64,000 nucleotides of DNA, from assembly GCA_038087875.1 (NCBI GenBank), contig CM075994.1, positions 6,140,001 through 6,204,000 of the forward strand, given 5' to 3'. The position numbers and the translations under genes are program-made. The notes under the pieces are model-generated. The model searched no databases. It was not told the origin of the DNA and was given only the letters and a program-made list of their open reading frames with translations. The stretch's first letter is position 1. The number at the start of each line of letters is the position of its first letter. This stretch comes from Malacoraja senta. Taxonomy: Eukaryota. Shown here piece after piece: positions 24,615-37,814 of the stretch.

Positions 24615-25335
24615 GAGATAGAAAATAGGTGCAGGAGGAGGTGCATTTGGTCCTTCGAACCTCCACTGCCATTCATTGTGATCATGGCTGATCATCCACA
24701 ATCAGTAATCCGTGCCTGCCTTCTCCCCATATCCCTTGATTCTGCAAGCCCCTAGAGCTCTATCTAATTCTCTTTTAAATTCATCCAGTGAATTGGCCTC
24801 CACTGCCTTCTGAAGCAGAGAATTCCACAAATTCACAACTCTGGGTGAAAAAGTTTTTTCTCATCTCAGTTTTAAATGGCCTCCCCTTTATTCTTAGACC
24901 GTGGCCCCTGGTCTGGACTCCCCCAACATTGGGAAAACATTTCCTGCATCGAGCTTGTCCAGTCCTTTTATAATTTTATACATTTCTATAAGATATCCTC
25001 TCATCCTCCTAAATTCCAGGGAATACAAGTCCAGTCTTTCCAATCTTTCCTTATATGACTGTCCCGCCATCCCGGGGATTAACTTCGGGAACCTGCGCTG
25101 CACTGCCTCAATAGCAAGGATGTCCTTCCATCAAATTATGAGACAAAAACTACACACAATACTCCAGATGAGGTCTCATCAGGGCCCTCTACAACTGCAG
25201 AAGGACCTCTTTACTCCATACTCAAATCACTGCAGAAGGACCTCTTTACTCCTGTATTCAAATCACTGCAGAAGGACCTGTTTACTCCTATACTCAAATC
25301 CTGCAGAAGGACCTCTTTACTCCTTTACTCAAATC
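24615..25335 (-). mobile_element. CR1 LINE 3' fragment with four tandem ~37-bp repeats at its 5' junction
   Basis: QRRFPKLIPGMAG..YSLEFRRMRGYLIEMYK; repeats of cactgcagaaggacctctttactcc at 25192-25335. Confidence 0.88.
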
Positions 25336-25489
25336 CGTGGGTCTTTTTATTACGCAATGGTGAGGGCCTGGAACGCATTGCCAGGGCTGGTGATGGGGTG
25401 AGATACGATAGTGGTGTTTAATAGGCTTTTAGATAGGCAGATGGATGGAAGTGCAGGGATCAGGGGATATTGATCATGTAGTCAGAAGT

Positions 25490-26108
25490 AGTGGACCAAG
25501 CGCAGGTTCGGCAGTCGTTTCGCTTAACACTTCCGCTCAGTCCGCCTAAACCTACCTGATCTCCAGGTTGTCTAAACACTTTAACTCCCCCTCCCCGCAC
25601 TGATCTTTCTGTCCTGGGCCTCCTCCATTGTCAGAGTGATGCCCAGTGCAAAGTGTACTATGTTTACATATTCTGTTGTGCTGCAGCAAGTAGGAATCTC
25701 ATTGTTTTATCTGGGACATATGACAATAAAAGACTCTTGACACCTCATATTTCCCTTCGGCAGCTTACAGCCCAGCGGTATGAATATTGACTTCTCTAAC
25801 TTCAAGTAACCCTTACCTTCCCTCACTCCATCCCTCCCCCTTTCCCAGTTCTCTGACTAGTCTGACTGTCCTCATTTACATTTATCTCTGTTTGATTTGT
25901 TACCTTCTCCAAGCTAACAATGATCTGTTCTACATTGTCCTTGATTTCCATCCCCATTTTTTATCTCTATCCCCTTCTCCCCTGACTCGGTCCGAAGAAG
26001 GGTCTCGACCCGAAACGTCACTCATTCCTTCTCTCCAGAAATGCTGCCTGAGTTTCTGCAGCATTTTCTGTCTATCTTCGGTTAAAACCAATATCTGCAG
26101 TTCCTTCC
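25490..26108 (+). mobile_element. Decayed Penelope-like 3' fragment interrupted by a short LINE tail
   Basis: GIY-YIG C-terminal similarity; ccgaagaagggtctcgacccgaaacgtc at 25992-26019. Confidence 0.75.
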
Positions 26109-26689
26109 AGCAACCTGTAGTCAGATGAGATCAGTTTAACATGACATCATGTTTGGCACAAACATTGTGTGCTGAAAGATCCTTTCCTGTGCTGTACCGT
26201 TCTATGTTCAGTCATGGTGGTCTCAATCATGATAACAAATTGCACCTTGAAGAGTCAAATTCCATGCAGAATGCATTAATCAAGTTTAATAATGATATTG
26301 CAACCATTTTGCGTGTGTGGGGTAGAGTTCTAACTCACTGCAGACATCACATTGTGTTAAGGGATCCTCTGTTTTACATTAATATTTTCAGGGTTGTATT
26401 TAAAAAGTGATAACCTTTACTATCAAGTTGACGTTTTCTTGGCCAGTCACTCTAACGGGGCAATTATGGAACATGTCCTTTCAACACCCTGCTTTATATG
26501 GGTCTATTGTCTTCAGTAGATCCAAATATCAGCGGGACTTGCTGTTAATTTTATAATGCCCGGTTCACAAATTTACCCAAGCCAGTTTTCTGCACGACTC
26601 TCATGCACGCATGCACAAGTTTGTTTAATATTCATTTTGCATTCAATTTTGTAAAGGTTAGGATGGCAGCTTGTGGAAAGGTTCAGTTA

Positions 26690-27240
26690 AGGATGGCTTG
26701 TGGAATTTAATACAGTGAAATGTGAAGTGTTGCATTTTGGGAAGTCTTTCATGGGCAGGACCTACACAGTGATTGGTAGGGCTCTGGGGAATGTTGTGGA
26801 GTGGAGGGGTCTAGGAGTGCAGGTGCATGGTTCCTTGAAGGTGGAGTCGCAGGTAGATAGGGTGGTCAAAAAAGGGTTTTAGCACGTTGGCCTTCATCAG
26901 TGAGAGCATTGAATATAGCAGTTGGGAGTTCATGTTGCAGTTGTATAAGATGTTGGTGAGGCCGCACTTAGAGTATTGTGTTCAGTTCTGGACACCATGT
27001 TATAGGAAAGATGTTGTCAAACTGGAAAGGGAAGAGAGAAGATTTACAAAGATGTTGCCAGGACTAGAGGGTCTGAGCTTTCGGGAGAGGTTGAGTAGGC
27101 AGGGACTCTATTCCTTGGAACGCAGGAGGATGAGGAGTGATCTTATTGAGATGTATAAAATCATGAGAGGAATAGATCAGGTAGATGCACAGTCTCCTGC
27201 CCAGAGGGATCGAGGACCAAAGGACATAGGTTTAAGGCAA
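26690..27240 (+). mobile_element. CR1 LINE ORF2 fragment
   Basis: EFNTVKCEVLHFG...LVRPHLEYCVQFW...YSLERRRMRSDLIE. Confidence 0.9.
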
Positions 27241-27389
27241 GTGTTCTGAACCTGGGGTACATTTCGCCTACCCAGGGGGTAAATTTGTTGATTCTGGATC
27301 TGTACATATTTATTCTCATTGACTGACTGTGTTTGGTTCTGGTATACTGGTATCTGTTCATCAATAGTTGTTCATAAATAAGTGAAATA

Positions 27390-28120
27390 GACATAGAAAC
27401 ATAGAAAATAGGTGCAGGAGTAGGCCATTCGGCCCTTCGAGCCTGCATTATATATGATCATGGCTGATCATCCAACTCAGTATCCTGTACCTGCCTTCTC
27501 TCCATACCCCCTGATCCCTTTAGCCACAAGAGCCACATCTAACTCCCTCTTAAATATAGCCAATGAACTGGCCTCAACTACCTTCTGTGGCAGAGAATTC
27601 CAGAGATTCACCACTCTCTGCGTAAAAAATGATTTTCTCATCTCGGTCCTAAAAGACTTCCCCCTTATCCTTAAACTGTGACCCCTTGTTCTGGACTTCC
27701 CCAATATCGGGAATAATCTTCCTGCATCTAACCTGTCCAACCCCTTAATTTTGTAAGTTTCTATAAGATCCCCCCTCAATCTTCTAAATTCTAGCGAGTA
27801 CAAGCCGAGTCTATCCAGTCTTTCTTCATGTGAAAGTCCTGCCATCCCAGGAATCAGACTGGTGAACCTTCTCTGTACTCCCTCTATGGCAAGAATGTCT
27901 TTCCTCAGATTAGGAGACCAAAACTGTACGCAATACTCCAGGTGTGGTCTCACCAAGACCCTGTAGAACTGCAGTAGAACCTCCCTGCTCTTATACTCAA
28001 ATCCTTTTGCTATGAATGCTAACATACCATTTGCTTTCTTCACTGCCTGCTGCACCTGCATGCCTACTTTCATTGACTGGTGTACCATGACACCCAGGTC
28101 TCCTTGCATCTCCCCTTTTC
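27390..28120 (-). mobile_element. CR1 LINE 3' fragment ((tctatgtt)n-tail family)
   Basis: 210-aa ORF with LVRPHLEYCVQFWSP..FFTQRVVNLWNSLP; catagaaa tail repeats. Confidence 0.93.
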
Positions 28121-28134
28121 CTATATGTTATGTG

Positions 28135-28810
28135 CTATTAAAGTTGCCAGGGGTAAACGGGGCAAAAAAGGTTGGGAACTCCTGGTTTAAGGTGAAGGGG
28201 AAAAGATTTAATCGGAATCTGAGGGGTAACTTTTTCACGCAAAGGGTTGTGAGTGTAACTGCGAGCATTTTTAATTTTCAGTCTTTGAAGAACTGTAAAA
28301 GACTGCCAAAGTAATGGGTAAGCCATATTGCTATTCACATAAAAATCAAGTCGCATCAAATAGCATAGAAAAATACTTTGGTGATAGATGCACAGAGTCT
28401 CTTGCCCAAAGTAGGTGGCAGGTACGGGATACTGAGTTGGATGATCAGCCATGATCATATTGAATGGCGGTGCAGGCTCGAAGGGCTGAATGGCCAACTC
28501 CTGCACCTATTTTCTATGTATCTATGTATCTAAAGTAGGTGAATCGAGGACTAGAGGACATAGGCTTGAGGTGAAGGGCAAAATATTTAATAGGAGTCTG
28601 AGGGGTGACTTTTTCACACAAAGGGTGGTGGGTGTATGGAACGAGCTGCTGGAGGAGGTAGTTGAGGATGGGTTTATCCCAATGTTTAAGAAACAGTAGA
28701 CAGGTTTGGAGGGATTTGGACCAAACGCGGGCAGGCGGGACAAGTGTAGCTGGGACATGTTGGCCGGTGTGAGCAAGTTGGGCCGAAGAGCCTGTTTCCA
28801 CGCTGTATCC
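28135..28810 (+). mobile_element. Cluster of nested CR1 3' fragments
   Basis: Repeated GHRLEVKG..FFTQRVVGVWN translations and 3'UTR tails. Confidence 0.75.
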
Positions 28811-30774
28811 TTTGAAGGATACTGGTGAACCATGTGTGCTCGAGCAGTAAAGCTCCAATTTGGATTATATTAAACAGAAGTAACAATTTAATACTGGTTC
28901 TTCTTAGAATCAAGCAGCCATCGTTGCTTTTTCAATCAATTTGAGTAACCTCCATTTGTTGCTTTCCACTGATTTCTTATTAACGCTGCTGTCGTCCATC
29001 TAAGACTTGAGAATTGAATTCTAGGTCACACCTATTAAGTTCCCCAGCAAGAATTGCCTGAGATCGAAATAGGAGAAAAACATGAGTTATTCACTGCAGG
29101 ATCCCGAATGAATTATCTCCTCCCACCCACAAGTTTAACTTTACAGCCAATGGTATGGATTTTTATTACGTTTGATAATTGTTTCAAATTTTCATAAAAG
29201 GTCAGTTATACTTTATATATTTCATCTTGTATCTTAACCTCTGTGTGAATGTCCTAGTCTTTGTGCCACGTTTAGCCAAATCTTATAAAGAGAATGATAA
29301 AACATTCTTGTACCTCCCCATCTTTTATTGTCTGCAAAAGCTCTCTGAAGCAATTGAAGCCTTTAAAAGGCTAAACAGCCCGCATTGGATGCCAGGCATC
29401 CCAATGAGCTCATTCCCAATGTAAAACAGTGTAGTAAACTATGAAAGCTGTGCGACAGAGATCCCCAGATGTCTTTGCCATCAAAGCTGACCAAAACATG
29501 AAATGTTCATCATCCTGCACTCCTGCCTGTTACATGTGATGTTTTTCCCTTTTCTGGTAAATATTCAATTCCCTTTTGAAATTTGCAAACTCTGATCTGT
29601 AAGCATAAGGCTTCCTTATCTATTTCTGGTGATTAGGATGCATCAAGCTAAGCTGCTGAGCAATAAGAAGGGACCATTGTTCATAATTCTGCCTCTGAGT
29701 TCTTATCAGTTGCAACCTCGAGTTCACAGCTGCTCTTTGTCACTGATTAGCAGACATGTTCCCAAGCCGTATACGGGCTTTGTTAATAAGTTACCCCATT
29801 GGTTCTCTGCAGGCCCCTGCATAACTCCAGCGTCTGTCTTTGCCTGCGGTCCTGAACTCTTGGAGAGTGGTCCTGCCCACCCATCTACCACTTGGAGACC
29901 TTCGAACTATCTTACATTTGACTTTATCTTGCACTAAATGTTATACCCTTATCCTGTGTCTGTGCACTGTAGACAACTTGATTGCGGACTGTGACCGAGT
30001 ACTTTGGTATAAGTTACAATAATAAAATGAACTTCCTCCACTAACTGGTTCCATCTGCCCATTGTTTTTTTTTTAACCTGTTTCTAGCTATGACCCACTA
30101 ACCTCTATGTTAACTCCCCAACTTTCCTTCTCCCACCTCACCTGATTCCACTTCACACATACCCGCCCCTGTCTCGCTGCTCCCTCACACCTCTATATAC
30201 TGGCTAATCTTCCCTCCACACACTGTCTTGATGCAGGCTGACAACGTGAAAAATGCCTTTACCTCCACAGATGCTGCTTAATCTACTAAAGTAGAAACAT
30301 AGAAAATAGGTGCCGGGGTAGGCCATTCAGCCATTCAATATGATCATGGCTGATCATCCGGAATCAGTAACCCGTCCTGCTTTCTTCTCACATCTTTTGA
30401 TTCCCTGAGAGCTATATCCAACTCTCTTGAATACATCTTCCTACAGTTCCTTCAGCAGTTTGTTAAACTGCACAATCTCAACTTGTCTATCTCATCCGTA
30501 ATAGAATCATAGACACCATTTATTAGAACTCTGCTTCACTCATTTGTTATTGACTTGCTGTCTTCAATTTGGCCTTCAAATTCCTTGTGGTTCTAATTGC
30601 CCCCATGAGTTGTATGTGCACTGCTATTTCTGGTCTATTTCCAAACAAAAATCCCCTGTTTTCAATCATTGTCCCGTTGTAGATCTTCCCACTGGTAAAG
30701 CAGTGGACTTTCCCACGGTAAATCACTGTACTTCCATTACAGTATCAGTTTTTGACCTTCTGCTCGTACATCAC

Positions 30775-31072
30775 GAATCGAGGAACAGAGGACATAGGTT
30801 TAAGGTGAAAGTGAAAAGATGTAATCAGAATCTGAGGGGTAAATTTTTCACACAAAGGGTGGTGGGTGTATGGAACAAGCTGCCATTGGAGTTAGTTGAG
30901 GCAGGGACTATCCCAACATATAAGAAAGAGTTAGACAGGTACATGGATAGAACAGGTTTGGAGAGATTTGGACCAACCGTGGGTAGGTGGAACAAGTGTA
31001 GCTGGGACATGTTGGCCGGTGTGGGCAAGTTGGGCCGAAGTGCCTGTTTCCACACTGTATCACTCTGTGACA
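30775..31072 (+). mobile_element. CR1 3' end fragment
   Basis: RGHRFKVK..FFTQRVVGVWNKLP; same family as 18130-18325 and 57630-57860. Confidence 0.85.
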
Positions 31073-31433
31073 CTATCTGTTCATCGCACATTGACGTGAT
31101 GATAACATGAAGGGCCTTGAATTTACTTTGGGTCTTACTTTTTTAACAAAGCTCTATAATTGTAATCTGCGGTATTTGCATTGAGAACTTCCTCCATCTT
31201 TGCCACTAATGCCGAACGTTAGCCATTTGTTGGTTCATGTATTTTGCTGCCTTTAATATTGACTTGGGCAGCACATCAAAACATAAATTATTCATACAAT
31301 TCTACAAGACAGTGGGAAAAAAGACTGCGAAACAAAAGCATTGATGCACAAATACACCATTTTAAAACAACCCCGTGGTAGTACAGAGGTGGACTGTTAT
31401 GTTCCATTGCAGAGGTGGGATTAGGGTTGTGTA

Positions 31434-32142
31434 CAGGGGCCGATATCGCTATGAAAACATGGGGGACACAATTCCTTGGTGGCCACACACACAAGGATTT
31501 GGCGTCTTCGGCCGTGGGCCCTGTGGACGATAATATCGGGAACTGACCTGGTTGGTGACCAACTCCATCTTCGGCCACCCCGAATCGTGGGCCTTCAATC
31601 GGCCCGTTCGCGGGGCCTTTCATCGCCTGACGCGGCTTAAAACCGGTCGCGGGATCTTCCGTCGCCCGAGGGGGCTTCAACATCGGGGGCCTCGATCGCC
31701 TCGATGCAGCAATTTGACCGCGGGGCGATGGAAGATCCTGCAGCCGATTTTAAGCCGCGCCAGGTGATGAAAGGCCCTGCGAACGGACCGATTCAAGCTC
31801 CGATCTATGATCTTTGCTCCACCAGGACGTCTCCTTCCTTTAATCACCGCGCTTTATCCTCAGTCCCACTCCCTACTTCCGCCTCTGACTGACACCTCCC
31901 TCATCCAATCATTGCGTTGAATCATCATGTGTGTCTCCCCCCACTGCCTGCTGACCGGCGCCTCTCTTGTCCAATCAACGCCCTCGATCATCAGTCCTAT
32001 CCCCACTGCCTCGTGGAAAGCTGAGATTTTTAATAGTTTTTTTCACCGAATTTCAAAATCTGGATTACAAAACATGGGGGGGATTGTCCCCCACCTCTCA
32101 AAATATGGGTGGGGGACAATCCCCCTGGGATTTCTGTCCATG
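31434..32142. mobile_element. Non-autonomous hAT-like element with 8-bp TSD and internal palindrome
   Basis: Termini caggggccgatatc / gatttctgtccatg; TSD gttgtgta (31426-31433) / gttgggta (32143-32150); both ends homologous (inverted) to 46421-47100. Confidence 0.8.
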
Positions 32143-32164
32143 GTTGGGTAGAAAAGTATCTGTT

Positions 32165-32455
32165 TTAGTTTTAGAGATACAGCGCGGAAACAGGTCCTTC
32201 AGCCTACAGAGAATGCGCCGACCAGCGATCCCCGCATACTACACTTTCCTACACACACTAGAGGCTATTTACAATTTTTCTAAGCCAATTAGCCTACAGA
32301 CCGGTATGTCTTCAGAGTGTGGGTGGAAACCGGAGGTCCCGGAGAAAACCCACGCAGGTCACGGGAAGAACGTACAAACTCCGTACAGGCACCACCCGTA
32401 GTCAGGATCCAACCTGCGTCTCTGGCGCTGTAAGGCAGCAAATCTACTGATGCGC
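32165..32455 (-). mobile_element. tRNA-derived SINE (HE1-like)
   Basis: Antisense full-length copy. Confidence 0.82.
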
Positions 32456-34124
32456 TTGTGCAGTGCAGTGCATCTGTGGAATTCTGCTGATTATTTGTAA
32501 ACGTTGAAGAAATTAGGAGTGCTAGCGTGCCTTCTTTACGATTCCATCTATGAACTGGGCCCAGGACACGTCATCTGAGATGTTACCACCCAAGAATTTG
32601 AAGCTGCTCAGGTTAGGATAGTTGAATAGATAGATAACAGATAGAATTTAATATAGAAACGTATGAGAGAATGTGTGTGGGAAGGAACTGCAGATTCTGG
32701 TTTGCACTGAAGATGGACACAAAATGTTGGAATAATTCAGCGTCTCTAGCGGAATGGGTGGCATTTTGGGTCGTGATCCTTCCTCAGACAAGAAGGGTCT
32801 CAACCTGAAACATCACCCATTCCTTCTCTCCAGACATGCTGCCTGTCCCGCTGAGTTATTCCAACATTTTGTGTCTATTGACTCTGAGATAATCCATTTT
32901 AGTAAATGAATTGTACAGTAACAGCTTAATGACGTAGTTGTAAAGTATGGAAGCAGTGAGGGACCTTGTGAATATGTGCCTGGATATTTGAAAGAGATGG
33001 ATTAAATTCACAAAGAAATTACCAAAGTATATTATACGAGTACACGAGGTCATGTATATGAGTAGAAAGGCCTTGACCCGAAACGTTACCCATTCTTTCT
33101 CTCCAGAGATACTACCTGTCCCACTGAGTTACTCCAGCATTTTGGTCTATCTACAATAGATATTGTCCTTTATAATTAGTGTTATCATTCAAAAGAAAGG
33201 TTATGCTGAACCTTTGTAGAATTCCAGTGAGGACACAACTAGAGTATGGATACCATATTTCAGAACTGGCATGAAGGCCTTTTGAGAGGATCTGGAGATG
33301 GGATGTGAGATTTTAGTTGCAAGGTTAGGTGGGAGCTGAGGAGCATGAAGGGATATTGGTTAGAGAACAAAAATATGTCATTTTGGAATGGGAAGAAACC
33401 AGAGCACCCAGAGGAAACCCATGAGTGCACAAAGACACATTTTTTACACAAGCTGTTACCCAAATGTAACAAGACCTAGAGTTAGGGGAAAATATATATT
33501 TCCATGCATCAATGGAAATAATTATTAATCTCGATAACATACGAACATTGGAAATAAAGTTAGGATTAAGTACAGAGAGCAGGGACATGACACTGACTAG
33601 ATTGCTCTAAAGCAAGGCAGCAGAGACTGGCTGAACTGTATGGTGATGGTCATAAGTCGTAGGAGCAGAATTAGGCCATCAAGTCCATTCTGCCATTGAA
33701 TCATGGCAGATCTATATCTCTCACCCCCCAGGCCTTACCTGAAGTGAACATTAAAGATATGGTGGTGAAACTTTAAAGTTAATACAAAACTAGTCTGGTA
33801 TTTGGCTCGTGATATGGGGAATTTCTACTGTCGGTGCTGTGGCTTTGTTTAAGATTTGCTTCACAAATGCTCCATAGGATTTGTGAAGTGAAATCCTCTG
33901 GGTTTTTTGGGGGTTTTTTTGTTGGAATAAATTTTATGTTTGTTCTATAAATGCATACAAATTTCCCGTGGCGTTGTTAGGTTGCAAAAGGCAGGGCTCG
34001 AAATTAGCGGTTGCCCGGGTGCCAATGGCAACTTACAGTCCCGCCGGGCAACCTAAAAGCCATGCCATTTTGCCCGGCTTGGCTAAAAACCGGGACACCC
34101 GCCCGCCATCTGTGTCCGAGTCTC

Positions 34125-34245
34125 GGCTCTCCGCTCGGCGCTAGCTCTCCGCTCGGCGCTGGCTCTCTGCTCTCCGCTCGGCGCTAGGCTCTCTGCTCGG
34201 CGCTAACTCTCGGCTCTTGGCTCGACTCTCGGGTCTCCGCTCGGC
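34125..34245. repeat. ~18-20-bp GC-rich tandem repeat
   Basis: About six ctctccgctcggcgct units. Confidence 0.8.
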
Positions 34246-34353
34246 ACGGCCGGCCGCCGAGCACATCATCGGCCGAGGTTATGCGCAAGTGCGGCCCTGC
34301 ACAAGCGCACTGCCACGGCAACTGGTCGGCGTCGGCCACTTTCTCCCTCCCTT

Positions 34354-34367
34354 TGCATTGTGGGAGT
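34354..34367 (+). promoter_or_regulatory. ZNF143/Staf-binding-site-like motif in transposon cargo
   Basis: tgcattgtgggagt matches the TGCATTGTGGGA core; NRF1-like (tgcacaagcgca) and YY1-like (cgccat) motifs lie nearby. Confidence 0.45.
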
Positions 34368-35617
34368 TTTGGGCGCCATTGCTGTCCGGTCGCTGCCTCA
34401 CCGCGACCGCTGAAAAACAACGCAGAATCACTCCCTGGAGCTGCAGTAACTCCCTGGAGTAACACTTGCTTCTTGGTTTCCTGGTCCTCCAAAAATATTC
34501 GAAATGAAATTTAAACTGGTGGACCCACCAGCACCAAACTCCAAACTCTGAAAAATAATAGCCTATTGCATTTTATCTGTTTATTTATTGTGTATATATA
34601 TATATATGGTCTATAGTAGATAGACACACTGAACTTTTATCTCCTGTTCTGTATTATGTTTACATATTCTGTTGTGCTGCAGCAAGCATGAATTTCATTG
34701 CCCTATCTGGGACACATGACAATAAAACTCTCTTGACTCTTGACTTGGACTTAAGCAAAAAAGGGTTCTTGGGGGGGGGGAAAAAAAGCTACATTAAATT
34801 TAGTTGCGTCTGGTTGGTACCTATGGTAGGGTGAAGACTATTCCATGCTTTAACTATGCGGGGGAACTCCATGGAGCAGCCAGCATCTCTGGATAGAAAA
34901 AATTAGGTGACGTTTCGGGTAGAAACCCTTCTTTACATTTCCTCTGGTTTTAGTTTAATTTAAAGATACAACGTGGAAACAGGCCCTTCGGCCCACCGAG
35001 TCCACGCCGACCACCGATCACCCGTACTCTAGTTCTATCCCACACATCAGCGACGTCAGTCAAAAGTGTTTTATTCTCTCACTTCCCAGTTAGAACAATG
35101 AAATCCTTACTTGCAGCAGCACAACAGAATATGTAAACATAGTACTCTGTAAACAATGTTATAAACGAGAAAAGAAAACTCCATACAGACAGCACCCATA
35201 TTCAGAATAAATTCCGGGTCTCTGGCAATTTTAGGCAGCAAATTTATGGCCATTGTACTGCCCCAATAGCCTTGAACTGAATTAAAACATATAGTAGCTG
35301 TAAAGGGGACATAGCGTCATTTAGAGATTTATGACAGAAAATGGATAGTTTCTTTTTTTTTTAGTAACCAAAGTTATCAACATATAATTTTTTGTGTGTT
35401 GGAAAATAAAATATAGTGGCACAGCTGGTGGACTTGCTCCCTCACACGCCAGTGATCTGTGTTCGATCCTGTTCTAGGGCACTGTCTGTGTTGAATTTGC
35501 ACATTCTCCCTGCAAGCATGTGGGTTTCCTCCCACATCCCAAGACGCATTAGCTTTGTAGGTTAACTTGTCTCTGTAAAATTGCCCCTAATGTGCAGGGA
35601 GAACTTGTGTGAATGGG

Positions 35618-36062
35618 TAGACAAAAATGCTGGAGAAACTCAGCAGGTGAGGCAGCATCTATGGAGCGAAGGAAATAGGCGACGTTTCGGTTCGAGACCC
35701 TTCTTCAGACTGATGTCGGGAGGGGCAAGGGGCGGGAAAAAGAAAGGAAGAGGTGGAGACAGTAGGCTGTGGGAGAGCTGGGAATGGGAGGGGAAGGAGG
35801 GAGAAAGCAAGGACTACCTGAAATTGGAGAAACCAATGTTCATACCGCTGGGGTGTAAACTACCCAAGCAAAATATGAGGTGCTTTTCCTCCAATTTGCG
35901 GTGGGCCTCACTCTGGCCATGGAGGAGGCCCAGGACAGAAAGGTCGGGTTCGGAATGGGAGGGGGAGTTGAAGTGCTGAGCCACCGGGAGATCAGGTTGG
36001 TTATTGCGAACTGAGTGGAGGTGTTGTGCGAAGCGATCGCCAAGCCTGCGCTTAGTCACACC
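35618..36062 (-). mobile_element. Penelope-like 3' fragment (GIY-YIG C-terminus plus terminal module)
   Basis: TKRRLGDRFAQHLHSVRNNQPDLPVAQHFNS..HPSGMN; antisense hammerhead-like motif at 35681-35708. Confidence 0.9.
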
Positions 36063-37280
36063 GAGGTTGATCATACGCTGAATAACCATATTTTTGTTTG
36101 GAAGTGGAAAGAGATAATAGAAATTGCATTCATTGCAACGTGTAAAAAGAGATGAGATACTGTATTGTAATTTTGCTGCATGTCATTGTGGTATATATCA
36201 TGTCTTAATTGGTGAATATGTTTAGTTTGTGACTTTATTTGAAGCAGAAATAATATGTGAATGCTTCATTGACCATAATACCGACTGGTAACTACGCACT
36301 TCGTCCGAGCACATTATCGCACGCGTCATGCAAGCCATCTTAAATGACCACCTAAACTGTCATTTGGCAACCTAAAAAGCTGCCAAGATTGCCCGGCTGG
36401 CAACAGGGAAAAAGTTAAGCGAGAGCCCTGAAAGGGGCCTGGAGGTGAGGTACAATAACAACTGCTGATCAGCAATAATGCAATTAACAATGTCCGAAGG
36501 GGCTGTAAAGTCTACTATTCCTGTGTGCACGCATAGGAACAAGATTCGTTTGCGTCATAAATGGTGCATTAAACATTAGATATAAACCTGTGAGACCAGC
36601 TTTCATCAGCCAAACATGAAAGGCTGTACCACAACGTCAATTGTCTTTCCACACCGCTGTAAGCAGTATATTTACACCACACAAATAGTCCATTTTCTCT
36701 GAGGGTGAGATCTTGAGCAAGGACAGTAGAGCACTCATCGCTACCACAGTGTACGTGACCATGACGTTTGAATCCATCAATAAGATCTTAGTGAATACAA
36801 CAGCCATCTCTTTATTTCTCTTTATTCATATCCCAGACTTGCCTTCTCTGGGATCAGTGCTTGCTTTGTCTAATCTTTTAAGATTAAGTCATATGAACAG
36901 AATTAGGCCATTCATCCCATCCAGCCTACTCTGGCATTCAATCATGGCTGATCTATCTTTTTCTCTCAACCGCATTCTCCTGCCTTCTCCCCATAACATT
37001 TCACTCCCTTACTAATCAAGAATTTGTCAATCTCAGTTTAAAAGTACCCAATGTCTGGCAGTGAATCCACAGATTCACCATAGAGAAATTCATAAAGAAA
37101 TTCCTCCTCGCCTCCTTTCTAAAGGTACATCCTTTTATTCTGAGTAATCTTTAATTTTTGTAAAGTATAAAAACCTTTACTGTATATTTCTGGTTTGCTT
37201 CATCTAATACTCTAATTTTTCTTTCTTTTTCATACTGTTTTGCTGTGTTATATATGTTTGATCATCTGCTGACCATCTTT

Positions 37281-37486
37281 ATACAGAAGATAAACACAAA
37301 AAGCTGGAGTAACTCGACGGGACAGGCAGCATCTCTGGAGAGAAGGAATGGGTGACGTCCTTCTTCGGGACTCGAACCAAAACATCACCATTCCTTCTCT
37401 CCAGAGATGCTGCCTGTCCCGATAAGTTACTCCAGCTTTTTGAGTCTATCTTTAGTTTAAATCAGCATCTGCAGATCCTTCATACA
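37281..37486. mobile_element. Fold-back Penelope-derived element with 11-bp TSD
   Basis: ~70-bp inverted arms within 37287-37452; TSD tgaccatcttt 37270-37280 / 37487-37497. Confidence 0.8.
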
Positions 37487-37814
37487 TGACCATCTTTGTC
37501 CAGTTGTATTCTTTTTAATCCTGTTTCATAGGATCTTTGTCGTTTGGCATCATTCAGAATGGATATTGTGGGCTGAAAGGCCTGTTACAGTGATTTAACG
37601 TTTTATATTCCTCCATGTGCTGCACTATGTCTTTTCCACCTATCACCACCAGTCTTCGTTATTGTTTCCATTGTTCTCTTTCGTCCTCCTATTCCCCACA
37701 TCTGATATGTTTACCAATCAACCCCGCCATACCTGTAGTCGCATGGAACAAGAATCTTGCACAGAACACCAAGTGCTGGAGTAATTCAGTAGATCAAGCG
37801 GCATTGCTGTGTGA

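Larger units (their letters stand above)
33992..36430. mobile_element. Non-autonomous CAGGG-ended DNA transposon with 5-bp TSD, containing a CpG-rich cargo and nested LINE/SINE/Penelope pieces
   Basis: TIR cagggctc (33992) / gagccctg (36430); TSD aaagg 33987-33991 / 36431-36435; subterminal ggcaacctaaaa and ttgcccggct motifs at both ends. Confidence 0.8.

Noticed and set aside
25192..25335. Regular ~37-bp repeats as a possible CRISPR array
   Set aside because: No unique spacers, the repeats are CR1-derived, the context is eukaryotic and there are no cas genes.
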